This document shows, in pieces, positions 7,543 to 16,635 of a DNA stretch of 34,227 nt. The stretch lies in sequence record DRR723986_9802, one strand, 5' to 3'. Position numbers and translations under genes: made by a program. The notes beneath the pieces are model-generated. The model searched no databases. It had not been told where the DNA came from and saw nothing but the letters and a program-made list of their open reading frames with translations. Each line of letters opens with the position of its first letter. Position 1 is the stretch's first letter.

Positions 7543-7717
7543 ATACAAAACTTAAATTTTAAAATGGAATAGATGCGAGTCCGAACGAAATATGGTCAGC
7601 ATTGTGGGATGATCTGAATTATAGAAAATGGGCTTCCGTTTATTTTGAAGGTTCGTTTATGAAGGTTGAAAAAAAAGGGAACAGGGAGCGACAGTTCAAT
7701 TCCTTGATCCAGATTTA
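7543..7717 (+). pseudogene. Frameshifted, truncated SRPBCC/START-like (AHSA1-type) gene remnant
   Basis: Joining three frames gives (I)QNLNFKME/IDASPNEIWSALWDDLNYRKWASVYFEGSFMKVEK/EQGATVQFLDPDL, which matches the N-terminus of Bacteroidota SRPBCC proteins as I recall it. Shifts occur at ~7569 and in the A8 run 7669-7676; the start codon appears as ATA. Confidence 0.7.
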
Positions 7718-7905
7718 ATAAGTACTTCTTTTTATTATTGGATGACTTCAATCACAAGAAGGATATAATCCATTTTGTTGCAGCACAAATAACCGAAGTA
7801 AAGCTTATATTTATCCTAAATCAATTGGAAAATATGCTAAACAAACTAATTAAAGCTCAGCTCAATAAAGACTTTGAGAAAATCATCATAGCCAAAATCA
7901 ATAAA

Positions 7906-8370
7906 ATGGCTGAGAAAAGAACTCCAATTGCTACGGTTCCTAACTCACATTACAAGCTGTATTTAAAAGCAACAATCCTAAACGGTTTCAACTATTTAGA
8001 ATTTACTTTTGTCTGCGGAATAGAAGTAAAAACAACAACTGGTTGTACCATCACTTTTACATCTGCGAATGACGAATTCACTTTGAAATCAGAATCACAC
8101 ATGATTGAAAGTGACTTCACCGTGAAAAGTGAAATTGGAATTACCATTGTTGACACCGACTTGGAAGATGACTTCATTGCCTTTGCGAAGAATAACAAGA
8201 TTGAGAGTATTCGACTAGACTGTAAAATGGGACAACTTATTAAAAAGTCTGTTTCGTTTAGCTATTCGGATATTGATATGGATGCCTTTGCTACATCAAT
8301 GATTCCGAAAGAAGCTGAAGCAACTGGAGAGATGACCAGCCCTGGTGGAGGATCAAGTTTAGGGATCTAA
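7906..8370 (+). CDS. Hypothetical protein
   Basis: ATG 7906 preceded by AATAAA (MAEKRTPIA...); the track's 56-aa extension from TTG 7738 looks non-coding. Confidence 0.7.
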   Translation: MAEKRTPIATVPNSHYKLYLKATILNGFNYLEFTFVCGIEVKTTTGCTITFTSANDEFTLKSESHMIESDFTVKSEIGITIVDTDLEDDFIAFAKNNKIESIRLDCKMGQLIKKSVSFSYSDIDMDAFATSMIPKEAEATGEMTSPGGGSSLGI

Positions 8371-8381
8371 ATCAATCAATT

Positions 8382-9101
8382 ATGAAAAACCTGTTTTTAG
8401 TATTGCCATTTATTATTTTGACAGCTTGCGAATCAAATGATAATCAACAAGAACCAATTGCTGAAAATATAACTGAAAAGTTGGACACAGCCGCTATCGC
8501 GGATTCAGTTATCTCGATCGCCGCTCCAACCGACCTTGAAGAGTTGGCTGAAGACGGCGCTCTATTTCAATTTCACGGTTTTCAATTATTGGTGGATACT
8601 TTAGAAGTCTGGAGCGAAAGTCATTTGTTTGATTGTCAAGATTCCGATACCACTTGGGTAAGTTTAGGTTTGGGCTACGGCATTGCTGATAGAACCATCC
8701 AGTTTTATGGTGATCAATTAACAGATTTCAGTATTCAACAAAGTTATCAAACCAGTGTAACTGTGATGAACGAAGGCCCACATTGTGATTTGTATAACTG
8801 GAAACACTACAACTCTGATTGGAAAAATTTAACGCTCGATAATAATAAGATCCAAACCCTAAAATATGGTGAAGAGGAATGGGAAGTTTTTATTCCAGTT
8901 GAAATGGACGATTTGATAGAAGAGGTAAGAAAAAACTGTGGAGATGAATGGGCTGAGCACGCCAGTAAAGCCTCCTCTCCCACCGATTACCCATGTGGTG
9001 TGTCTGTTAGTGCCATTTATCTTAAAATTCAATATACACGACCAGGATTTGATGCCCTAACAACAAAATATTTGGCTTTTGATGTCCCTATGGGGTGTTA
9101 A
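8382..9101 (+). CDS. Lipoprotein, hypothetical, Cys-containing
   Basis: Lipobox ILTAC; EGPHCDLYNWKHY motif; ends PMGC. Confidence 0.82.
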   Translation: MKNLFLVLPFIILTACESNDNQQEPIAENITEKLDTAAIADSVISIAAPTDLEELAEDGALFQFHGFQLLVDTLEVWSESHLFDCQDSDTTWVSLGLGYGIADRTIQFYGDQLTDFSIQQSYQTSVTVMNEGPHCDLYNWKHYNSDWKNLTLDNNKIQTLKYGEEEWEVFIPVEMDDLIEEVRKNCGDEWAEHASKASSPTDYPCGVSVSAIYLKIQYTRPGFDALTTKYLAFDVPMGC

Positions 9102-9135
9102 AATATCTATTGAGGATTCCCGTCCACAGATTTAA

Positions 9136-9576
9136 GTGAAAGATTATTACAAAATACTTGGCCTTGAACGCAGTGCAAAGCAAATTGATATCCGTAGAGC
9201 CTATCGTCAAAAAGCAAGACACTTGCATCCTGACGTCAACAAATCTGAAACTGCTCATGAAGATTTTATTGAACTCACAGAAGCTTATCAAGTATTAAAA
9301 TCGCCGCGAAAAAAAGTCCGCTACGACAAAATCCTTGATTTACACCTTTCAGGCAAGACCTATACTTCTGAGAAAAAAGTTAACCGGCGAAAAAGATGGG
9401 AGTCAAAAGTCAAAAACTATGCAAGACAAGGTCGCGCAAAAGGTGATGAATATTACGGTTACTCCCAATCCAAATTCAAAAAGAAAAACGAAAGTTCTGC
9501 TTTTTGGGATTTTTTGAGTTTTATTGGTGAAATCTTCGGAGAGATTTTAAGTGGTATTTTGACAGCAGGTTGGTAA
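9136..9576 (+). CDS. J-domain (class C DnaJ-like) protein
   Basis: KDYYKILGL...RRAYRQKARHLHPDVN...F..LTEAYQVL...YD with intact HPD; no G/F region or Zn finger. Confidence 0.9.
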   Translation: MKDYYKILGLERSAKQIDIRRAYRQKARHLHPDVNKSETAHEDFIELTEAYQVLKSPRKKVRYDKILDLHLSGKTYTSEKKVNRRKRWESKVKNYARQGRAKGDEYYGYSQSKFKKKNESSAFWDFLSFIGEIFGEILSGILTAGW

Positions 9577-9642
9577 TTATTTCACTTCAAATCCTTCAAA
9601 TAAATTACTAAACGGGATATTGCTTTTCGAAATGATAGTTTG

Positions 9643-11397
9643 TTAGGGGATTACTTGCAGCCAGCCTGTCTCAGATACATTTAAATCTGGAATTTCTAAA
9701 GTAAAAAAGTAAGTACCAGCAGCTACTAAACCTCCGTTGAGATAAGTACAATCCCAATTATTGCTTTCATTGTCGTAATCCTTTATTGTTTTAATCAAAT
9801 CACCCCAGCGGTTATAAATTCTTACTGTATTACTGTTATTTTCAATTCCTTCCAGATAAAGAAAATCGTTTTTTCCATCATTATTTGGAGTTATTGCAAT
9901 ATTCGTATTATCATAAACGCTTGTGTCAGTTGCAGCTGTATCGCATGTTGGGTAAAGATCTACTTGAATATTTCCAGTATGAGGACAACCAAAATTATCT
10001 TCCGCGATCACCTCATAACTTCCATAAGAAGTCGGCACAAAAGTAATTGACGTATCGAATTCTAAAACAAATGCAGGCCAAACAACAGTTTCAGCTCCAG
10101 TCACCGACATGGTCACAGAATCACCCGGACAAACCATGTGAGGTCCGCTAAAAGTCACCTCATCTCCTGCTTTATCTATACTAAAATTAAAGTCATTATT
10201 GGAACTGTCTGAATCTCCTGAAAATGTTACAACAAATGACTCCCCTTGCAGAATAGTGACAGATCCTATATCGATTTGATCGTCCGTGCCGGGCATAAGT
10301 AAGCCAGACCAATTGTAATTCAGTGAAGAACCGTTGGAGCCTGACAAAGAGAAATTACCAGAAGTAATAGGACTTGACCCATCATTTTTAACCCAAAGTA
10401 GAATCGACTCATTTGCACCTATACAAACCAAGGTATCTCCCAAATAGTCTTGAATCTGAACATCAGTATAAGCGGTTGAAGAAATAATGGTACCAGAGGC
10501 TCCAGTTACCCACGCTTGTCCAGCACTTACCATATCCAACTGATACAAGTCTGCCCCTACACCACTCGTATTCGTGACCCAATTCGAACCACCATCAGCA
10601 GTAGTTATAACCACACCTCCATTACCTACAGCAACACCATTGTATTCATCAAAAAATTTCACACCCTGTAATTCAGTAGTTACACCGCTATTTTTAGTCA
10701 CCCAGTTATTTCCTCCGTCTATTGTATGCTTCATAATACCTAGTTCTCCAACAGCCCAAATATTCAAAGCATCAATTGCACAAAACCCGTTAATATATTC
10801 GGTGCCTGTGTGAATTGTTGAGGTACTCCAAACTGTTCCTCCATTTTGGGTACTATGCAAATAATTCCCATTTAAAATAAATCCGTTTTGTTGATTTAAG
10901 AAGTATAAATCTGCTCCACCCGGTGTAGTGATTGAATCCCATGTGGAGCCACCATCATCCGTGTAAAGGAAATAATCTGTACGAGTGGCATAACCGTGAT
11001 TCGCATCAACAAAGTGAATATCGTAGGCATAGCCCGAAAAAAAAGGATTGGTGTAAACGGGCTGCCAAGTTGAACCACCATTGATGGTTTTATATATAGA
11101 AGCATCAACATAGTCTATTGCCCAGCCGGTTTGTGTATCAACAAATGATAAAGCGTTTAAGTCAGAACCAGCAATTGTTGTTGGTGTCCATGTATTGCCG
11201 CCATTGACAGTGCTGAGAACTATACTCGGATACAGCAAGGTATAACCCACATTTTCATTGACAAAGTCCACTTTGTCCACAAATTGAGTGGTGCTTGTTG
11301 AATTCTGCTGCGTCCATGTTAATTGAGCATTAACATTTAATCCCAAAAATAGAAGAGTAAATAAAAAAGCAAATTTCTTGAGCGCAACTCGAATCAT
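9643..11397 (-). CDS. YCF48/BNR beta-propeller protein with T9SS type B (gliding-motility-associated) C-terminal domain
   Basis: Signal peptide; repeated T-x-[DN]-G-G-x-[TN]-W Asp-boxes; C-terminal ITPNNDGKND...IYNRWG...GTYFF. Confidence 0.9.
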   Translation of the reverse strand: MIRVALKKFAFLFTLLFLGLNVNAQLTWTQQNSTSTTQFVDKVDFVNENVGYTLLYPSIVLSTVNGGNTWTPTTIAGSDLNALSFVDTQTGWAIDYVDASIYKTINGGSTWQPVYTNPFFSGYAYDIHFVDANHGYATRTDYFLYTDDGGSTWDSITTPGGADLYFLNQQNGFILNGNYLHSTQNGGTVWSTSTIHTGTEYINGFCAIDALNIWAVGELGIMKHTIDGGNNWVTKNSGVTTELQGVKFFDEYNGVAVGNGGVVITTADGGSNWVTNTSGVGADLYQLDMVSAGQAWVTGASGTIISSTAYTDVQIQDYLGDTLVCIGANESILLWVKNDGSSPITSGNFSLSGSNGSSLNYNWSGLLMPGTDDQIDIGSVTILQGESFVVTFSGDSDSSNNDFNFSIDKAGDEVTFSGPHMVCPGDSVTMSVTGAETVVWPAFVLEFDTSITFVPTSYGSYEVIAEDNFGCPHTGNIQVDLYPTCDTAATDTSVYDNTNIAITPNNDGKNDFLYLEGIENNSNTVRIYNRWGDLIKTIKDYDNESNNWDCTYLNGGLVAAGTYFFTLEIPDLNVSETGWLQVIP

Positions 11398-11401
11398 GAA
11401 T

Positions 11402-11409
11402 CAAATATA
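11402..11409 (-). promoter_or_regulatory. Bacteroidota housekeeping -7 element TATATTTG
   Basis: Exact TAnnTTTG on the minus strand, 4 nt before ATG 11397. Confidence 0.6.
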
Positions 11410-11494
11410 AGGAATTAAAGAAGTGAATACCAGCACAAAGATTATTTTTTACACCGATAAAAAAATGTTTACTTATTCACGTGTAAAGTTCGTT

Positions 11495-11510
11495 TTTACA
11501 ATTCTTTACA
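11495..11510 (+). promoter_or_regulatory. TTTACA-N4-TTTACA direct repeat (putative OmpR/PhoB-type binding site)
   Basis: TTTACAattcTTTACA, 30 nt upstream of the TACATTTG -7 element (11541-11548). Extra half-sites at 11448 (+) and 11482 (-). The same box occurs at 17673-17688. Confidence 0.5.
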
Positions 11511-11560
11511 GTGAAAATGCAGCTACGACTTAGGATTACCTACATTTGAAAAAACGTTTT

Positions 11561-12142
11561 ATGAAGCATCTAGTTTTTATTTTTATTCTGTTGATCCCGT
11601 TTTTATATTGCAATGCGCAAGAACATGAAACTGTTTTGAACTCGCCTGAAGACTGGGCCAAAGAAATTATCCATTTTCCTATGGGTTTCGCACCAGAAAT
11701 TCCTTTTAAAGGATTCGAAGACCTTCGATTTACCCCTGGTTGGAAAGATACAACTGGAGACTATTTCTTTACCTATATGTTCGTATGGCAAATCGATTCT
11801 GTTGAAATCAATGAAAAGGTATTAAGCCAGAATTTTAATTGGTATTATGATGGACTCATGCAAATCGACCATCAAAATAAGCGCGATAGTTCTAAAACTA
11901 ACCAGTTAGACAAAACCATCAGTATATTCATTAAATCTGAAACAGGTTACTCAGGCAAAATGAGAGTATTCGATAATTTTTTCACCAAAGAATACATGGT
12001 TTTAAACGTCAAAGTCACCGAATTCTATTGCACCGAAACCCAACAAATATCTATTCGTTGCGATATCTCAACCCAAGAATTTGACCACCCTACCTGGGAT
12101 CTATTTCAAGAAGTTCAGCTGAAGGATGTATGTGAAAAATAA
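11561..12142 (+). CDS. Secreted hypothetical protein
   Basis: ATG 11561 (the track's TTG 11546 lies inside the -7 element); signal peptide ending CNA-Q; W..E..FP.GFAP...G.EDLRF.PGW motif. Confidence 0.82.
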   Translation: MKHLVFIFILLIPFLYCNAQEHETVLNSPEDWAKEIIHFPMGFAPEIPFKGFEDLRFTPGWKDTTGDYFFTYMFVWQIDSVEINEKVLSQNFNWYYDGLMQIDHQNKRDSSKTNQLDKTISIFIKSETGYSGKMRVFDNFFTKEYMVLNVKVTEFYCTETQQISIRCDISTQEFDHPTWDLFQEVQLKDVCEK

Positions 12143-12149
12143 TTAAACC

Positions 12150-14066
12150 TTATCCAGCCTTAACGACTTTCCCGCCTTTAATTATAATTCTCTTACCTTC
12201 TTTCACAACGGTTTCTTTCTTCTTGTCTTTTTTATAGACATTTACATTAACCTGAGAACCTGTAAAAAACTTCTCTATGCTGTAAGCTCCATTTTCAAAT
12301 GCGAATTTTATTTCTTTGCCCTCTTGAACAGGAATAGATTGACCTTCAATCTCTACCACATTCCCAGCTGCTGCATTCACCTTCTCTAATGCGTCTATAG
12401 AGCTGAACTCATAAGCCGAAGCAATATTATCTGCCTTCACATGAATGGTTTTGCCATTCAAATCAAATGCTGATGATTCATAGCAAATTACTTTAGTCAT
12501 ATTTCCAGATTTAAAGATCAATCTACTTTTAGCGGGAAATGTTAACTCAACTCCATTCGACCATTTCATTTCTTGTTCAATTGCACAATCCTGCAATCTT
12601 CCTTGATTATCAAAACGAACATCAAATGGGGCATTTTCATTTGCTATGCAGGTAATAGTAGTTCCTCCAATCGTTAAATTCGTAGGCTTCGCAAGAGATG
12701 CGCCTATTACTACATCTTTGGAGAAGGCCACAACGGTACCCTCTTTTAAGGTAATTTCTCCCGCAGAAGATGGATAGATTACATCAGCGCGTAAAACACC
12801 TTCAGCAACCGTTCCTGTTGATTTCATAAACTTTATTGATTCACCACCTTTTAAAGGAAACACTGTGCTTCCGATTTTGAAATTACAATCGAGGCCAAGC
12901 TTTCCAACAATATTTCTGCTTCCTTCAGCTTTAACTTTTTTAACACAAACCGTGGACCCATTTAATGTTACCAAGGTATCTCCTTTTGTTCTATCCGAGC
13001 AATCTGCTCTTAATGTAGGGGTAGTTAAATCTGTTGCTCCTGTGTTTTCAACTGTTCCGATAGGTTTGGTATCAGTTGAATTTAATGTAGGGTTATCTGG
13101 TTTACTGGCATTTAAATCTGGTTTTGTTGATCCATTTCCTGGCTCTTCTTTGCCATTAGGCTTATCCGTTTGAATGTTATTAGGAGACGTTGACTGATTA
13201 TTGTTATCTGTACTTGTTGTGTTATCAGTTGTCGGAGTTGCGTTTGTTTCTTCATCTCCCTTTATAGTGTATTGGGTGGAGTAAAACAACTTTCTCAATT
13301 CACGAGCTTCTATTTCTTCTTCATGCCACATTAAATTCCCTTTCTCTGTGGTCATTTCAATGCGAATCACAATTTTTTGATTTAATAAAATAGGCGATAA
13401 CCCCTGCCATGGAATAACCACTCTAGCTTTACGGCTATATACGTTTTGACCTTTATCAAACACCTTATCAATTTTCCAAGCCGATTGTCCTGAATTTTTA
13501 AGCATGAATCTAAAATCAGATATCTGTCTATTCGCCCAACCATCCTCATTTGCCTTTACTTTTTCTTCAATGTCATTTTCACCCCCTGTAAAAAAATAGG
13601 TCAAAATAAACCTTCTCATGGGCGGAGTAGTTCTATTCTGTTGCTTGGTATATTTATCTAAAACTATAGGATCAGACAAATTAGATTTATTTCTTGTAAC
13701 CTTAGTCCATATCGTATTCCCAAAAATTGTTTCAATGTAAACTAATAATTCTAACTCTTCATCAAATGAGAATTTCTCACCATCCGTAATGGTTATTTTA
13801 TGATCAAAATCGTAATGTCCGTTTGCATCAGGCTTTGTATCTAGTGACGAAAAGAATACGTCCTTGCCATTCTCACCAGAAACCCTAATCCTAAGATTCT
13901 GATGCCCATCTCCATTTTCTCCTGTCCAGTAGCTGATGACGTCTCCCGGTAGCATGGCTTTTTCTACTTTTGCATCAATTCCAGCGATCGTGACATCAAT
14001 TTTTTCTTGCGCGAAAACAGAGGTTAAACTAAATAATAAGATTAAAAGGAAGTAAGCTTTTTTCAT
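12150..14066 (-). CDS. Large secreted hypothetical protein with T/N/P-rich linker and C-terminal beta-repeat region
   Basis: Signal peptide (VFA-Q); low-complexity linker; ~33-38-aa repeats at the C-terminus; -7 element TAATTTTG at 14099-14106 (minus). Confidence 0.82.
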   Translation of the reverse strand: MKKAYFLLILLFSLTSVFAQEKIDVTIAGIDAKVEKAMLPGDVISYWTGENGDGHQNLRIRVSGENGKDVFFSSLDTKPDANGHYDFDHKITITDGEKFSFDEELELLVYIETIFGNTIWTKVTRNKSNLSDPIVLDKYTKQQNRTTPPMRRFILTYFFTGGENDIEEKVKANEDGWANRQISDFRFMLKNSGQSAWKIDKVFDKGQNVYSRKARVVIPWQGLSPILLNQKIVIRIEMTTEKGNLMWHEEEIEARELRKLFYSTQYTIKGDEETNATPTTDNTTSTDNNNQSTSPNNIQTDKPNGKEEPGNGSTKPDLNASKPDNPTLNSTDTKPIGTVENTGATDLTTPTLRADCSDRTKGDTLVTLNGSTVCVKKVKAEGSRNIVGKLGLDCNFKIGSTVFPLKGGESIKFMKSTGTVAEGVLRADVIYPSSAGEITLKEGTVVAFSKDVVIGASLAKPTNLTIGGTTITCIANENAPFDVRFDNQGRLQDCAIEQEMKWSNGVELTFPAKSRLIFKSGNMTKVICYESSAFDLNGKTIHVKADNIASAYEFSSIDALEKVNAAAGNVVEIEGQSIPVQEGKEIKFAFENGAYSIEKFFTGSQVNVNVYKKDKKKETVVKEGKRIIIKGGKVVKAG

Positions 14067-14172
14067 GTAAGTATTTTATTTTAGTTGATTAACTCCACCA
14101 AAATTACAATAATTGCGCCAAAATAATATTGACAAAAGTCAGCTACACACTTATCAGAAAACCTAAAGCTCG

Positions 14173-16611
14173 CTAAAACTCAAAAATAAGACCGATAGTT
14201 GGCGTTACAGTTCTGTTGATATTTGGTATTAAAATTGGCACCGCATTAGAGCCATCTGGATTCAGTGCTTGACCATCTATAGTTTCGAAACCCGTATTAT
14301 CTTCATTTCTTTTGAAGGTGTAATAATCTGGAGACTCTTGACTAAAGGCCAATAAATTTTGAATGTCAATATAAAAATCAAAACTTACCTTTTTCAAATT
14401 CACAATTTTATCTATTCTAAAATCAAGTTGATTAAACGCTCTTAATCTTTCACTATTAACATTGTCAAAATCAAGTACTCCATTTCCGGTTAATGCATAT
14501 ACCTCTTGAGAAGCTTCCAGGTCAAACGGAGTGTAAGGCACGCCTCCTGCAAATCGGTATTTGACTCCTAATTTCCAATTCTTCCCAAAATTCCATCCGA
14601 AAGTGGTAGATATTAAATGTTGACTATCCCAAGCAGAGGGAATTAATTCCCCGTCTAATCCTGAGAATAGGCTTCTCACGTAGGTGTAGCTCACAACATA
14701 AAAGATGTTCTTCACTAGTTTTTGCTGAATGAAAATTTCAAAACCATACGTTTGCCCCTCTCCTATCGTGGCCACTGGTTCGTTTCCGATTGATCCAAAT
14801 TGCTGTCCTTGATTCGCCAAAGATGTTCCATTGATTAAGGAAACTGGATATTGGCTATACTGCTTGTAAAAACCTTCAGCAGTTATTCGTAAGCCAGAGT
14901 TGGGAAGAAATTGAGCACCAAAAACATAATGATCAGATCGAATGTAATCTAATGATTGATTTACTAATTGATTGGTCCCGTCTCTATATCCTAAGACAGT
15001 ATAAGTTGGGATTTTATAATAGCTTCCTATTGATGCAGTGATGTCCCATCTAGGCGTTAAGTGATAAGCAAACGAAACTCTGGGTGAAATGGTCTCTAAT
15101 GGATTTAACCCATTATCAGTAAACGTATTCAAGTCAGTTCTCACTCCTGCTGAAACCAGAAATTTTTCTTTAAAGAATGCCTTGGAAACTTGAGCAAAAG
15201 CACCAAATTTAAAAAATTCAATGTCGCTATTGAAGTTAATTTCTACAGCTGGTGAAAGTTGATTTCCAGTTGAATCAAATTGAGCCTCTGCCAATTTATT
15301 ATAGATGCTCGTATTGTATTTTACATATTGCGCAGAAGTTCCGAAAGAATATTTCCATCCTTTTTTATATTGGTTAAAATTAAATCTGAACTTGTTTTCA
15401 ATTTCTTGAGATTCTAAACCAAAAGTTCTCGCGGCTTCGTTATCATTTTGAGCATCTTCAAATTGATCTAACTGATTATCGAACATGTTTCTACTTAAAG
15501 CGAAATTCAAAAACCCATCTTTAATTCTCTGATTCACAGACAAACCAGTTGTGTAATTCCATTGAGTTATGAATGGTAGTGATCTCCGTAAAAATTCACT
15601 TTCGTCTGTATCTTCCTTAGTTGCTGCAAAACTGAAATTATCTACAGCGCCTATCCCCAATAGTGTTACCGTTGTTTTATTTGAAGGACGATAAGTTGTT
15701 TTAAATTGATAATCCGTAAAATTAGGGCGTATTGGCAAGTCAATTAATGTGAACAACAGGTCTAAATATGAAGCTCTTGCTGAAGCTAAAAAATCTACTT
15801 TTTTTCCTTTTCCAACTGGCCCTTCTAGGGTCAATACGCTCTCAGTTAAGCTGGCTCTTATATTTCCTGAAAATTTTTCAGAATTACCTTGTCTTTGTTT
15901 AATTACGAAAGTTGAAGCCAAAGCATTGTCATAACGCGCATCAAAAGCGGAGGAACTCAATTTTAGATCTTCAATGAAGGAAACATTTAATATTCCCTGT
16001 GCTCCTCCTGATGAACCTTGGGTTTGAAAGTGATTTAAAACCGGGATCTCAATACCATCTAAATAATAGACATTTTCATTAGGCGCTCCTCCTCTGATGA
16101 TAATATCATTACGTTGAGCTCCGCCGGCCGAGCCACCCACTCCTGGCAAGGTTTGAACTACTTTCGATACATCAAAATTCCCTCCGGGATTTGATTCGAT
16201 CTCCACTGAAGTCAGTTTTTGCACCGACAATGGCGTAACCATGTCAGTAGTTCTTGCAATTTCGTCCTTTTTAAAAACTACTTCAACTGCCTCTAAGCTC
16301 GTGCTGCTCTCGCTCAATTCAAAATTTACGATTTCTGCATTCCCAGAATTCACAGGGATGTTGTATTTTGTCATTGGCTGATAGCCAACAAAACTCACAC
16401 GAACACTATAGCTGCCAGTCGGTAATGAGATTTTGTACTTACCGTCTATGTCAGTAACGGCACCTTTTTCTGTTCCTTCGACAAAAACTTTAGCAAAAGC
16501 TAGAGGTTCATTAGTGTTCACATCTTTCACAACACCTATAATGGTCCCATTGTCTTGCGTAAAAGCAAAAATGCCAATACTCAAAAACGATAATAGAAAA
16601 ATAGTTTTCAT
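14173..16611 (-). CDS. TonB-dependent receptor with N-terminal carboxypeptidase-regulatory-like domain
   Basis: G.I.G.V.D..T.EPL.FA.V...TDIDGKY; plug motif LPGV...IIIRGG...EN.YYLDGI; C-terminal IGLIFEF. Confidence 0.93.
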   Translation of the reverse strand: MKTIFLLSFLSIGIFAFTQDNGTIIGVVKDVNTNEPLAFAKVFVEGTEKGAVTDIDGKYKISLPTGSYSVRVSFVGYQPMTKYNIPVNSGNAEIVNFELSESSTSLEAVEVVFKKDEIARTTDMVTPLSVQKLTSVEIESNPGGNFDVSKVVQTLPGVGGSAGGAQRNDIIIRGGAPNENVYYLDGIEIPVLNHFQTQGSSGGAQGILNVSFIEDLKLSSSAFDARYDNALASTFVIKQRQGNSEKFSGNIRASLTESVLTLEGPVGKGKKVDFLASARASYLDLLFTLIDLPIRPNFTDYQFKTTYRPSNKTTVTLLGIGAVDNFSFAATKEDTDESEFLRRSLPFITQWNYTTGLSVNQRIKDGFLNFALSRNMFDNQLDQFEDAQNDNEAARTFGLESQEIENKFRFNFNQYKKGWKYSFGTSAQYVKYNTSIYNKLAEAQFDSTGNQLSPAVEINFNSDIEFFKFGAFAQVSKAFFKEKFLVSAGVRTDLNTFTDNGLNPLETISPRVSFAYHLTPRWDITASIGSYYKIPTYTVLGYRDGTNQLVNQSLDYIRSDHYVFGAQFLPNSGLRITAEGFYKQYSQYPVSLINGTSLANQGQQFGSIGNEPVATIGEGQTYGFEIFIQQKLVKNIFYVVSYTYVRSLFSGLDGELIPSAWDSQHLISTTFGWNFGKNWKLGVKYRFAGGVPYTPFDLEASQEVYALTGNGVLDFDNVNSERLRAFNQLDFRIDKIVNLKKVSFDFYIDIQNLLAFSQESPDYYTFKRNEDNTGFETIDGQALNPDGSNAVPILIPNINRTVTPTIGLIFEF

Positions 16612-16635
16612 TTCACAAATTGATTAACTGGAGAG

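Noticed and set aside
7538..7737. Riboswitch or sRNA in the apparent intergenic gap
   Set aside because: Better explained as a frameshifted SRPBCC remnant; no riboswitch consensus visible.
7738..7905. N-terminal extension of the 7738-8370 ORF
   Set aside because: TTG start in AT-rich promoter-like sequence; ATG 7906 has a typical A-rich context.
168..9576. Classical integron cassette array
   Set aside because: No integrase in the window and no RYYYAAC...GTTRRRY sites between genes; many gaps are too short to hold attC.
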